DNA of 58,959 nt, filler included, from Sphacelaria rigidula (taxonomy: Eukaryota): NCBI GenBank assembly GCA_964200075.2. It is 10 parts of 10 records of this genome, joined end to end, with 100 filler letters (N's around TTAATTAATTAA, not from the genome) between each part and the next. Parts side by side here need not be neighbours in the genome. Positions count along the whole stretch, not along the records: positions 23,625 to 29,430 come from CAXNAA020024322.1; positions 29,531 to 35,336 come from CAXNAA020024323.1; 8 more parts are not named here. The stretch is one strand, 5' to 3'. How positions within the stretch are numbered: position 1 is the stretch's first letter; each line of letters opens with the position of its first letter. Of this stretch, positions 24,175-35,336 are shown one piece after another. Position numbers and translations under genes: made by a program. The notes under the pieces were generated by a model. That model ran no database searches, was not told the origin of the DNA, and saw only the letters and a program-made list of their open reading frames with translations.

Positions 24175-24410
24175 TATGATGGGGATGGAAAGTCCGTGGG
24201 AAGAGTTTCGGTTGCCACGTGACGTTCGAGGCGAGACGGGATAGGATGAGATTCGTTCGTTCCGTGAGATTCAAGACGGGATGAGATATCCCGTTCGTCC
24301 CGATCGTTTGTGTATTTTACAGGGGTGGTCGTCCCGTCCCGTCCCGTCCCGTCCGTCGGTTTTTCCAAGGGCGGTCATCTCGTCTCATCCACTCCTTGTG
24401 CCGAGACGAG
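24175..24410. repeat. MITE-like element with GACGGGA/(TCCCG)n subterminal repeats
   Basis: gacggga copies on the left and gtcccgtcccgtcccgtcccgtcc at 24331-24354. Confidence 0.55.
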
Positions 24411-24513
24411 CCCTAGCGTTAACATTAAACGTTCACCTACTAGACTTCGTTCGATAATCGGGCACATGCTCTTCGGCACCAATTTAGGCCGCTTCTTACA
24501 GGCACAAAGCAGA

Positions 24514-24913
24514 CCTTCCGAGAACTGCCCTCTTTCTGAGCCCTTCATCGCGGATTCTTGGCGGAATACGGGCCTTGGCGGATTGGGCCTTCTCTGAAAT
24601 ATTTGCTACGCTCTCCAGGAGGATTCTAGCGCACTCTATCGTTTTTCGTACGCCCAGTTTTACTTTTGGCCGGATTCCAGATTTTTGCAGTCGACCCAAA
24701 AGTCTTCGAGTTGTCGGAGAAAGCTTTTTGGGGGCGACGGAAAAATTCAGAATCCGGCCAAAAGCAAAACTGGGCGCACGAATGATCGTAAAAGTGCGCG
24801 AGAATCCTCCTGGAAAGCGTAGCACATCTCTCAGAGGAGGCCCAATCCGCCAAGGACCGCATTCAGCCAAAGATCCGCGATGTGAAGGCTTGAAAAGAGC
24901 ACTTCTCAGAGAG
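24514..24913. repeat. ~400-bp imperfect palindrome (foldback element), centre ~24712
   Basis: ccttggcggattgggcc..ccaggaggattct.gcgcac..cgcccagtttt.cttttggccggatt mirrored on the right arm, with a short loop. Confidence 0.9.
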
Positions 24914-25014
24914 TTCATTTTTTCTTTTCATGAGAAGCAGCCTTGCAATTCCCTTCATAATTCTGAACATACTCATCTACCCGTCCATGTGACTATAATA
25001 GGCGTGTCGCTAGA

Positions 25015-25300
25015 AACAACGTTTTCGTAAGATTGAGAGTAGAGCGCTGATCGAGAGTGGCTCTAATTGGCCAATTTTTCATTGCATGTGCATTCTTCTT
25101 CGCCTCTATCACTGGCATGTACTTACAGCTACACGTCCATGTCCAACTCAGGGACATCAAGGGCCTAAGTGGCAAGCTACTACAGAAAGCATTTTGGGCC
25201 TCGTGGAGAGGCATAATGGAACTGAAACGATTAATTCACTAACTGACGGTTTTTCAATCTCAACCGTATCCTCTACTTTCAATATCACCAAAGCATTGTT
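25015..25300. mobile_element. MITE family A copy
   Basis: Homologous to 3076-3375 end to end. Confidence 0.88.
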
Positions 25301-25367
25301 TAGAGTAAAAGTTTGCGCTCTGAAGCGACCACAGGCGACATCGATCCGTCTACGGGGAGGTCACAAA

Positions 25368-25585
25368 GTGTGTTGTGTTGTGCGTGTTGTCCTTCCATCT
25401 ATTCTGGACGCCGGTCTACACATTTCGGTACATGTGGGCGCACCAGCCGGGGTCATACACGAGGAAGGCCTACACAGGACTACATCTCTTTTTTGTCTGT
25501 TTTTGTTCTCCACCTTCCTCATGCAGCGCTTGACCTTTTCTATAATCGCGAGAGGGGTCCAGCACTCCTTTTTCCTCGTCGACCA
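25368..25585 (-). mobile_element. tRNA-derived SINE, 3' portion
   Basis: Reverse complement of the body and tail of the 34154-34510 copy. Confidence 0.82.
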
Positions 25586-27095
25586 TTATGTCCAAAACTC
25601 GACGTTTTCCGTTGGCCGAAGTTTTGATTTTGGCCAAAACAGCTGTCCAATAACGGTAAAAAACAGTCGAGTCCAGAGAAAAGTGGCGATTTTTTCTAGA
25701 TTCGATTGTTTTTTTTCACCATTCTTGGACAAAAAATCTTGCTTGGCCAAAATGAAAACTGCGGCCGACCGAAAACGGGAATACGTCCTGGAACCGCCTC
25801 AACTACTAAAGCAAGACATTTCAACGTGTCAAACTCCGCCTTGCTCTCTTTTGGGGCGTAAAACGATGTAAAAGCTCCAAAAAGGCACTTTTCCAGATTT
25901 TTATTCTTGTCTGATATAAGTAGCGGCCCAACACCTCTTTGACCAATAATCCCAGTCTATACGAAGCGAAATCTTGGGCCGTGGCCTCAATCAAGACCGA
26001 AAATTCACCTAAAAAAATCAGGGTCTCGAAATTTGATTGATACCAACCCAGAAGGTTCGACTACTACTCATCAAGTCTCGGCGAGAATCCTACATATACA
26101 GCAAGAACTACTACCCCCGACCATCATCGAATCCCATGAGTTATACATCCAACGGGAAAGCGGCGGAACGGTCAGTACATATTTTGACGTGCTTGCCACC
26201 ACTATCGACTACCACCACACCGTGGACACTATACGGTCAATAGGTGCCATGGACAAAAATATGCTGGGCTAAGTATAGACATATTGCAAATATTGCCGAC
26301 CGACAATACACGTAGTTGCAATGTGCCTATACTTAACCCCGTAAATTTCTTGTCTAAATATATTGCATCTCTTGACCATATACTGTTATGCCCGTGAATG
26401 GGGCCTCACTTTGGGCACTATATTTCGGGAAAATGGACCGACCAACTACACAGTCAGTTCAATGCACAAGAAATGAAACCTAAATGAGCCAGTCAGTACG
26501 CTTTCGTATCGATTACAAAGTACACGCGTCACTCGAACTCACGACCACGCTCATACAAAATGTGCTATTACTGTAAACTATAATACATTCCACAACCAAC
26601 CTGTGACTGGCGTTGCTGTACACCTGAACACAGGATTGCAACAACAGGAGGATAAAAGATAAAAGCTGCTGCTCGTGTTGTTGTTGTGCCCCTCTTGTTG
26701 CAGTATGCTGCTGTGCTTATCTTTCAACGCGGTTTCCTCGGCAATGAAGCAGAGGATATTGGACTGCGGTTTGAAGCGTGCGCTTCCCACGCACCAGAAC
26801 TAGCCAGTGTGGTCGCGTATTTTCGTAACGCGTGCCGCAGCAATTTGCAAACCGCTGCACCAAACACAAGATGTACTTAAAAATAAAAACGAGTTTGCTT
26901 CAACGTTCTGGGGCTTTTCGGATCCGCTGTGGCGAATTGAGCAACTCCGCCGCTACACTGACTAGGTGTAGTGTGTGTGCGGGGGGCTGTGAAGTGCTAC
27001 ATGCCGGTTTGCTTCTTGTGTCGAAAAAAATGCGATGGAACAATTACAGCCGTCGTATACTAAACCTAGGTAACTTGGGATAAAGCGTGTGCTCT

Positions 27096-27146
27096 GTTCG
27101 GCAGAGGTTCGACAGAGGCTCGACAGAGGTTCGGCACAGTTCCGAC
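27096..27146. repeat. 11-bp tandem repeat (GTTCGRCAGAG), about 4 copies
   Basis: gttcggcagag gttcgacagag gctcgacagag gttcggcacag. Confidence 0.85.
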
Positions 27147-27550
27147 CTGTCTATAACATCTTCATTACTCCTGATTATTCCCCCGCGTTTCTTTTGATTG
27201 TCTTTTGCCCACGGATCTCTGGTCGCTAGAGTCTTCAGTCACGGGCATCACTGTCAATATCCACGGTGTGAGATATTTTGTCGCGCTTGACACCACTACA
27301 GTAGACTACATCGCAGTAGACTTTCGATTCGTCCCGCCGACGTAACGGGCCCGTCCTCCAGCCCCGCCACCAGGCATCCGGCGCGATGACAGCTGTAAGG
27401 GTAGGGCACCGCCCATGGCAGGCATAAATAGTCAGCTGAGAGCGATTCATATTCCCCCATCTTGCCCTTTGGTGCCCCCCCCCTCTCATGATGCTTATTC
27501 GCCATGGCCTCGCACCAGATTCCACAACATGAGACACGACACGTCGTCGG

Positions 27551-27829
27551 ACAGCGTTTTTATGAGATTGAGAGTAGAGGATACGATTGAGAGTGAAAAG
27601 CGGTCAATTACTGAATGAACAGTTTCAGTTCCGAATTGTCCCTCCATGAGGCCTGATATGCTTTCTGTAGTTTCTTGCCACTGAAGCCCTTGATATCCCT
27701 GGGTAGGATATCGATGCGTATCTGCAACCACACGCCAGTGTTCCAGCGAAGAAAAGCACACACAGGATGAAAAATCGGTCGAGTTGAAGCGAATGATCAA
27801 ACACACTCTCAATCTCACGAAAACAGTGT
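27551..27829. mobile_element. MITE family A copy, inverted orientation
   Basis: Both TIRs present; interior is the reverse complement of 3076-3375. Confidence 0.88.
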
Positions 27830-28067
27830 CGTCCGTCGCTATTCACGTGGTCAATCAAAGAAAGTGACGCGCCCCGATGCGTGTGATACGGGTGTCGGCA
27901 GCACGGAGAAGCGATAGGGCTGGTCTCGTACGTTGCTCTACGAGGAACGTGATTTCTCGCGCAGCCCAAATAACTCGGGATTTCGAAGATTGCGGATGAA
28001 TTATGTTTGAGGGTGAACCGTGGCGACGAACCTCCGTAAGCATCAAAACATTCCAAGGGTTCGGACA

Positions 28068-28325
28068 AGTAATGATCCGTCTTGAAATTACTTGTTTTCA
28101 GTACAATTGATTCAACTCGTACGAATCAATCCCTAGGCTTTATTTTCAGCGTTGCAATCCCGGTACACGCAGCTCAGACACGCGGAATGGAGCAAAAAGT
28201 TGCGTGAATACCCCGTTTGGACAAGCGGTCAACCTTTCCCCTTCCTTTTTGGGCAATCAGGCCGAAGACATCGTGGATGTGGTGTCTCGTAGTCGTGATG
28301 ATTCGTCCTCACCGTGAAACATTCC
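28068..28325. repeat. Interspersed repeat, also at 23430-23524 and 23625-23710
   Basis: cgtacgaat.aatccctaggcttt.ttttcagcgttgcaa and ggcaat.ag.ccgaaga.atcgtg..gtcgtgat..ttcgtcct.accgtga shared. Confidence 0.8.
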
Positions 28326-30259
28326 AGACGTGTTGGACAGCCCATGCGCTACCCAATATACTTTATTAATGTGGGCTCTCAGATTCGTTGTCCACGAACA
28401 AAAACACGTGGCAGGAGGGGCCGAGAAGCCTGAGTGCTAACTTCTCGCTTCTTCGCGTGCTCGGTGTCCAGCACTGTAGGGAGCCAGCATGGAAAAAGGG
28501 GCCAAATGAGGTAGCTCATGATCCGGACCTAGTACACTAATAAGAAGTGATGTTCAGGCAGCTCACGAGCTGTCTGTCCGACGTGTGACATATTCTCGAA
28601 AATAAAATTCACATGCACAATCCGGCCGTGATGTGTGACCTCGCTGATCCTCAAAAACATATCCATCCGTAGTTTGTGAAACCCCTTGTTAGCGGGGGAT
28701 TCTGACAAATAAGAACGTTTTTTTTTTTTCATCAAGGGGAATAACCGGAGGTCGAAAATGCTCAGTATCAACACGGGATCTCACACAATGTTGTGGATGA
28801 ATTCATTTGAGGATGGGTGAGGGCTTACATCACGACCGGAGAGGGCATTTGTCCTCTTTTTTTTTTTTATATTCCGATACGTAAAAGGCCGCTCCTTACA
28901 ACAAGCAAAAATATATATTTGGAAAAGTGTTTTTTTGGAGCTTCTACGTCGTTTTACGCCCTCGAAGAAAGCCAGGCGGAGTTTGACACCTTGGAATGAC
29001 TTGCTCTACTCGTTGAGGTGGTGTCACGATATCTTCTCGTTCTCCGGTTGCTCCAGTTTTTATTTTCTCTCTAGGCGACGCACGGCGCGATATTAGGCGT
29101 TGGGCGCTGATATTTTGACAGCAGCTTTTCATGATCGATATGCAGAACATCACGTGAGCAGCGTTTTTTTTTTTCAAACGGGAAGTTACTGGGATTTGAA
29201 ATTTTAGCAAAAACAAGGAAATGTCATAAGTCCAGCAAAAAAATGAGAGCCTGCAGCTGCTCACGGGACGTATCATCCTTGGGTGCAGAAGGTCTTCGTG
29301 AAATTTCAGCTGAAGAGCCGTCGAATTGGGCCGTGCGTGCAACGTTTTGCGTGACGCTGCTGCATCCCACTAATACCCAGTGCGGGGTGATTGCTGACAT
29401 GAACCCACCGCATTGAAAAAAAAAAAAAAANNNNNNNNNNNNNNNNNNNNNNNNNNNNNNNNNNNNNNNNNNNNTTAATTAATTAANNNNNNNNNNNNNN
29501 NNNNNNNNNNNNNNNNNNNNNNNNNNNNNNAAGCAACAAATGAGTCCGCCCCCCCCCCTCCCCCCCCACTCCCTTCCTCAAGCTTCCTTCAGCGATCGCT
29601 TCCGTTTTGTTTATCTTGCGTACATCCATCTTGACGATAATAAGCACAGTTGAATCCGTGGGGGGAGCCGTTAATGTGCGACAACCAATCAATGGATCAC
29701 ACAAACTACAGTGTTCGGCACGCGATTGAGTAAACCACGATCGACCCGCCATGGCCAAAATGACAACACGCTGTTTTCTGTGAGCGCAAGGCTTGATCTT
29801 ATCGGATTGAATCTTTTATGCCAAAATTAAACAACGTTTTACAAGGAAACATCTGAGTGCACGCCAAATTTGAATGTAACAACTTCGGTCGGTATCTACC
29901 GATCGACTGCATTTGAAGAAAATTCGGATTTTATGGTAGGGATCGGCAAGCTCTTTCCAAGGAGGCACCGGGGCTCGGACGCGAGTGGCTGCTCAAATCC
30001 TACGAAAGCTCATGTATAAAGGACGTATTTCGGTTGTCCGTTACTTGAAAAATAAGTAACCTTGACCGCTGAATACCCCGAAGCCTTGTGCGTGGAGCTG
30101 CTCCGATCTCTCGTGTTCTGAGCAACTTGGCGGCTGCACCACGATCAGTTTCACCGCCAGAACAATATGCACATATCCAACCCCTCCCCTCCCCTCCCCT
30201 CTCGACCCCCCCCGGAAAACATTCCTTTACAACGTCGTGTTACTGTACCACAATCTCAG

Positions 30260-30451
30260 ATTTACAGATGTTCTGGCGAGTCTAATTCACCTCGCGGCGG
30301 CGAGGGTTTGAAGGAGGCGTTTTCAATAGGGTTGGGTGAGAGTGTAAGATCGCTGGAGGGGGGCAAAGTATCCACCGACATCCACCCCGAAATCGTGGCC
30401 TGCACGTTTCGCGGGCGAGTGTGTTCTTTAACGACGCAGGCTCTGAGCAAG
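30260..30451 (+). CDS. BBS7: BBSome subunit BBS7, internal exon
   Basis: IYRC..LGESVRSLEGGKVSTDIHPEIVACTFRGRVCSLTTQ resembles BBS7 ESVTSIQGG..DEIVVSTYSGWV.GLTTE; CAG acceptor and GTGAG donor; phase 0. Confidence 0.85.
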
Positions 30452-31595
30452 GTGAGAAGCTTAGGTAGAGGGCATGGTCGACAAAATATATATATTTTTC
30501 ATATATGTTTTCACGACAACGATCGGGATTGGTTCGATCGAGCCAAGCTACTGAAGAACCAGAACTTGGGACTGTGTCGTCCCGAGACGCCCGAGGACCA
30601 GTCAGCCCTTGAGTCGTTCGATATTGATCGCAGGAATGGTTTCTTCTTCGGAATGCGGAGCGGATACCTATATCTCCCGATAATCGAAATATTGGGTACA
30701 AGCGTGCACTCATGATGAGCGATGAAACCAAAAGAACTTGAAAAAATCGCCCGTCACAGATGTTGATCGCTGTAGTTTTTACGGCGAGTACTCGAGTACC
30801 CGGAAGCATCCGATACTTCGAGTAACAGTACTCGCCTGTGTACCCAGCTCTCTTGGTGAAGACCACGTCTCATCGCAATGGCGCCCGGTGCTTTTTTTGC
30901 CAGCCAGCACCAACCTCTACCGTGGAAATCGGATGTGGAAGCAATACTCGGTGGGTTCAGTGATTATTCTGAATCCACCGCAAATGCAAACGAACGGTAA
31001 CATACATCTTGTGTACTTTTGATCAACGCCTTTCCCCCTCGTTGAAACGACCGCATCGTGTTCACAGCACCAGCAGTACTATTCTCGGGCTGGATTACTA
31101 TTTGCGGATGTGGCGAGGAAAAAGTAAAGTCGTGTTTCCAGCTGATGAACTTGTGTGATGGTAGAACCGGGATAGCCTTGCATTGCATTTGGGTGGTTGC
31201 TATTTCCGGGCGATTCAGCGTCGCGAGCGATCTATTTCGAGCGCGGAGTGCGCCTGCGGGGCGTCCTCTCGAGCATCCATGATTTCTTCTACGAAATGAT
31301 GCAGCTCGGTGACGATGAGACGTCGGCCATATGTTTGTATATGTTGTGGCGAACGCAGATGATGACGATCTTCCATTGAACGTAATAATGACAACGTGTA
31401 AAGTTTCGCACGCACAAAGAGAGTACTACAGCGATGTGAAACGATAGTGAGACCAGCCACAGAACAAACACGCCAACATCTACGTTCTTGCTCAATGTTC
31501 CCGTGTACTGTATCCAAGGATCGCCCACACTGAATTACGGGATGTTTTCGAATCATGGAACGGAACATTTCCCTTGCGCATTTTGTGCGTTCCAG

Positions 31596-31679
31596 AGGGA
31601 GGCTGGCGACGGCTTTGGCCGAACCGTGGGGCAGATTCATGACGAAAATCAGGTCAAGCAGCTCAAAAAGGAAGTCGCG
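31596..31679 (+). CDS. BBS7: BBS7, internal exon (start of coiled coil)
   Basis: REAGDGFGRTVGQIHDENQVKQLKKEVA; CAG acceptor and GTGAGT donor; 84 nt, phase 0. Confidence 0.8.
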
Positions 31680-32701
31680 GTGAGTTATTCAACACAGCAC
31701 CCACGCGCCAAGGTCCGAGTGCGCACAACCTGTGCTCTGTAAAACGCAGCGAAGACCAACTTCGGTTTTAATAGCTGCAGTATCACACCACAGACCTCAA
31801 AGTGCACCCTTCTGGTTTCGAAGCTGGCCGACACCCTTTGTCTACTGCTCTCGCTGGGCATCTTAACGCAAGAGACAGCACGGCAACCGCGTGTTTTTTT
31901 CTTTGACAGCCACCACGCCCAGCTGGTGTAACTGGCGGACTAGAAGCAAATGCAGGCACAAGGTAGCGGGTTGGACTTCCGACAGACACGGTCGTTCTCA
32001 GCAGAATCTGGTTTCCGCTGTTGAACGCATTAGGATGCGAGTAGCGGAGACGCTTCGACGAGAAGCGACGGGGAGCGGGAGTGCGGGCTCAATCCTTGTT
32101 GGGAAAATGTCAGGCGTGTACGGGGAAGATTAAATATTTATGGGTTGGTCCCTAGAGACCACGGACTCGTTTTGATGAGGGGGAGGGATTGAAATCATGG
32201 CAAGGAGAAAGAAAGTTAGCTAAGTTTCACTGCCCTCCGGCACGCTACACTACACGACAGGATATCGTTAGTCTGTGATGTGTTAATCACGGTGGAGTGT
32301 ACACTCTAAACCGCTTAATCCGCCGCATCTCTCGTGTAGACGATGATAAGATGAACCCATCATTTGTGTTTGAACGCGATGATGCTTCAAAATCCGAGAA
32401 GAACATACTTTGCAGACAACCTGGGAAAAATCCATAATGTCATTTCCAGACGATAACTGGACGGCACCTTCACCCTGCAGAAGAACTGGTTGCATGCCAG
32501 CGAAGGTGAGAAGAACGGCGGGCCAGGGGATGGGGTCAGGAGCAGCCACATTAACGATTAGGCGTGGTGGAATCCAACGACCAGCATTCACGGCAAAATC
32601 ATGATACCCCTACGGAATCAAAACATTTTCCCAACTCCGCAGCCAACAATTTGTCGGCAACGGTTCGTGTGTTGTGGCTGTCGTACCACCATGCTCACTA
32701 G

Positions 32702-32818
32702 GATCTGGAAAAGCGGGTGGCGCAGGAGGGGAAAAGGCTGGCGGCTCTAACCGGAGGGGAAGGAGATAAGGGCAGCGGTACGTCTGCTGCCTACACGGTA
32801 GCCACTCAACATTTTAAC
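32702..32818 (+). CDS. BBS7: BBS7, internal exon
   Basis: DLEKRVAQEGKRLAALTGGEGDKGSGTSAAYTVATQHFN; TAG acceptor and GTGAGC donor; 117 nt, phase 0; completes the coiled coil. Confidence 0.78.
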
Positions 32819-33913
32819 GTGAGCACGGCGTATCGACCAACTTGGTACCGCCGAAGCTGAAAAGACAAATCTGGTACTATCGATATGATGCGGTATTTCA
32901 TACATGCGCGGAGGTACTGTGTACGTCAGAGTACGCTGTAGATGAACACATATCCTCTTGCAAAAACAGAGCGACAAAACTTGTGATTGCAGGTCACCTA
33001 ACGACCATCATACTCTAGCATTAGGTGGTATGGATGAAAATGACATGATATACTATGCTTTCGTTCATATATATATATATATATATATGTGTATATATGC
33101 ACATACGTGTGTGAACGTATCTGCTTCAATCGCGCAGACAGCAAACGCCGGTCAACTGGCATTTCTGACATTTCCTGAGGTTGAGTGATGGGTTGTGGTG
33201 GCGAAAGACTTTGGCACACATACCGATCTATATACAAATCTCGGTCAGCCCTATCGTTGGCGCCGAATGAGAACAGCATATTCTTACGGAAAACTGGCTG
33301 CAGTGCAGGCTGTGTCCGCGCTGCACTCGTGGGTGCTACGTTGCTGGATGTAGAGTGAAACACGTACAGGTTACTTGGCTTAGAGGATGGACTTGTCATG
33401 AAAACCGAGTTGGCTGGCAAGCCGCCCGGCATATGTTGGACATTCGAGAGACCGAGGTTGGGGAACCTCATGGGCAGGAGCTGTCATGTCACCGGTCAGG
33501 TATACGTAAGAACATACAATGTACCGCCGACTGACTGCAACAGGAAAAGCTCAGTCTGACATAAATCGATCATAATGGAGAGGGCAAATTGTTCCCACAC
33601 CAACGACTTCAGCTTTGTGCAACGGAGCTCGTGACGATCACATTAAAATGAGCCTCTGGAGGGAGAGTATACTTGTCGATACAAGGAATACTGTAGCTGT
33701 AGCTCACCGAAAATATGGACAAAAGAAACAAGAGCGTCAGAGGTCATTGGGCTAGCAAATCGAATGCAGCAATCTTGCACGTGAAACACGGAAATTATTC
33801 TAAATGCGCAGGACAACATAATCACAAGTTTGTTTTGGCTCCCAAGACCGGGTACTATCCGGCCGCACGAGTGCACCCTTTCCCACCCTGCAACACGCGT
33901 GCACATGCTTCAG

Positions 33914-34057
33914 GCAATCACGAGCTGTACCCTAGACCGCGAGCAAGCAGCGTACGTGATAAGCGTGGAAACACCGGTGCCTTTGCACCTCGTGCTGTTG
34001 TACTCGCATCTGCACATGGACCTACTGGACTCCAGCGACGACGAAGAAAAGGGGCAG
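33914..34057 (+). CDS. BBS7: BBS7, internal exon (start of GAE domain)
   Basis: AITSCTLDREQAAYVISVETPVPLHLVLLYSHLHMDLLD resembles BBS7 FTL..DDASY.L..EV...ID.VL.QSDVPIDLLD; CAG acceptor and GT donor; 144 nt. Confidence 0.85.
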
Positions 34058-34153
34058 GTACATGTGTCTACTGTAGTATGTACATGTGCGCGTGGGTGTA
34101 TACAGTAGTGTGTGAACGAATGTGGTCGTAATTTCACAACCCATGAAGGAGCC

Positions 34154-34510
34154 GGTCGCCCCGGTGGCTCAGTTGGTAAGTTCGAAACCTCCTGACGGTT
34201 GGGCCGTGGGTTCAATTCTCGGAGCGACCTGAATTTTTTTCTCACATCATGCCCAACAGTGGAGAGCGATTGTGTCGTGGGTACACAAAATTCGACTGAG
34301 CGCTCGACGAGGGAAAGAGACTGTTGATCCCCTCTCGCGACAAAAAATAGAGGCAAGCACCGCAGAAGGAAAGTGGGGTGCTAAAAAACAAACAAAAAAG
34401 AAAACACTCCTGTGTTGACCTTCCTCCCGTGTGACCCCGGCTGGTGCGCCCACATATCCCGAAAGGTGTACACTGGTGTTCAGAATAGAAGGGACAACAA
34501 CACACAACAC
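34154..34510 (+). mobile_element. Full-length tRNA-derived SINE (~360 bp), in a BBS7 intron
   Basis: A box TGGCTCAGTTGG, B box GGTTCAATTCT, shared body and a CAACA-rich tail; four copies in the window. Confidence 0.88.
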
Positions 34511-35276
34511 GCGCATGAAAGAAACCCAAGGAGAAGCGGGGTCACTCTCGTAGTATCCGCAAGGGAAAATTACGGTATCAAAGCGACATCGTTTAGAGCA
34601 TAACCGCCTGTTCATCCGTGGCAGAGAACTAGCTGGGACCGCCGACATTCGCTCTCCGAGGAGGTAGGATATATGTCAAACTGACGCAAATGACCACCAC
34701 GACAAGGTTGCAGGATCAGGCATCATAGGGTCGAAGGCAAGCATTACTGAGGAGACCAAAATCAAAATGGGTCTTGGATGCTATGCAAGCACGGACTATC
34801 CCACCGGGAGTCCATTTCAGGCTGGGAAAGGACAAGGACGGAGTGATGCTATGGTAGGGGTGCACAGTTTGTTTCTGGGGTCGTAATTGTCGGGAACCCT
34901 CTATCTAATTCAAAACATCACCTGTGAAACGTGTGAGAGTACGCCAGGCTTACTGTTGTTTCAATGTGCTGGGCATACAGCATCCCGAGCGATTTTGTAA
35001 GCGGCGATGCCCTGACCCATGTTCTTGTGCATCTAGAATCGTTAGGAGCCCCTGAACCAGACAATATTTCGCGCGCAAAAAGTGCACCCCTACCGTAGCA
35101 TTGGTCGACGGTGTTGCAACGAGTCTGTCAAAAACCGGAGTGCTGGTGGTCCCGGCTTCTCTGTATGAAGCTGGCACTGCTGTAGACTAGAGCAAACAAA
35201 GCATCGCAGACTTCATACACAGGAATTCGTTTGAGTGATGATAACCCGTATGAATCATCCTACGATAGGGGGGGGG

Positions 35277-35336
35277 GTGTACTCATGATCATGCTTGCCA
35301 TAGTCATCAGACCATTGACCTCGCATCCCTACAAAG
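35277..35336 (-). mobile_element. 3' end of the poly(C)-tailed SINE-like element, cut by contig end
   Basis: Poly-G then tgtactcatgatc..gaccattgacctcgcatccct. Confidence 0.8.

Noticed and set aside
25086..25871. 261-aa ORF
   Set aside because: It runs through a MITE, a SINE and a foldback fragment; a chance open frame.
26030..26280. Gypsy integrase remnant (HPTG.GG after a frameshift)
   Set aside because: Only a few residues match and a frameshift must be assumed; too weak without a search.
34154..34229. Functional tRNA gene (also 40663 and 17760-17827)
   Set aside because: D and anticodon arms are degenerate and differ between copies, and the head is attached to a shared SINE body.
34625..34663. 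Additional 39-nt BBS7 exon (RTSWDRRHSLSEE)
   Set aside because: Splice sites and phase fit, but the peptide has no BBS7 similarity; needs RNA-seq.
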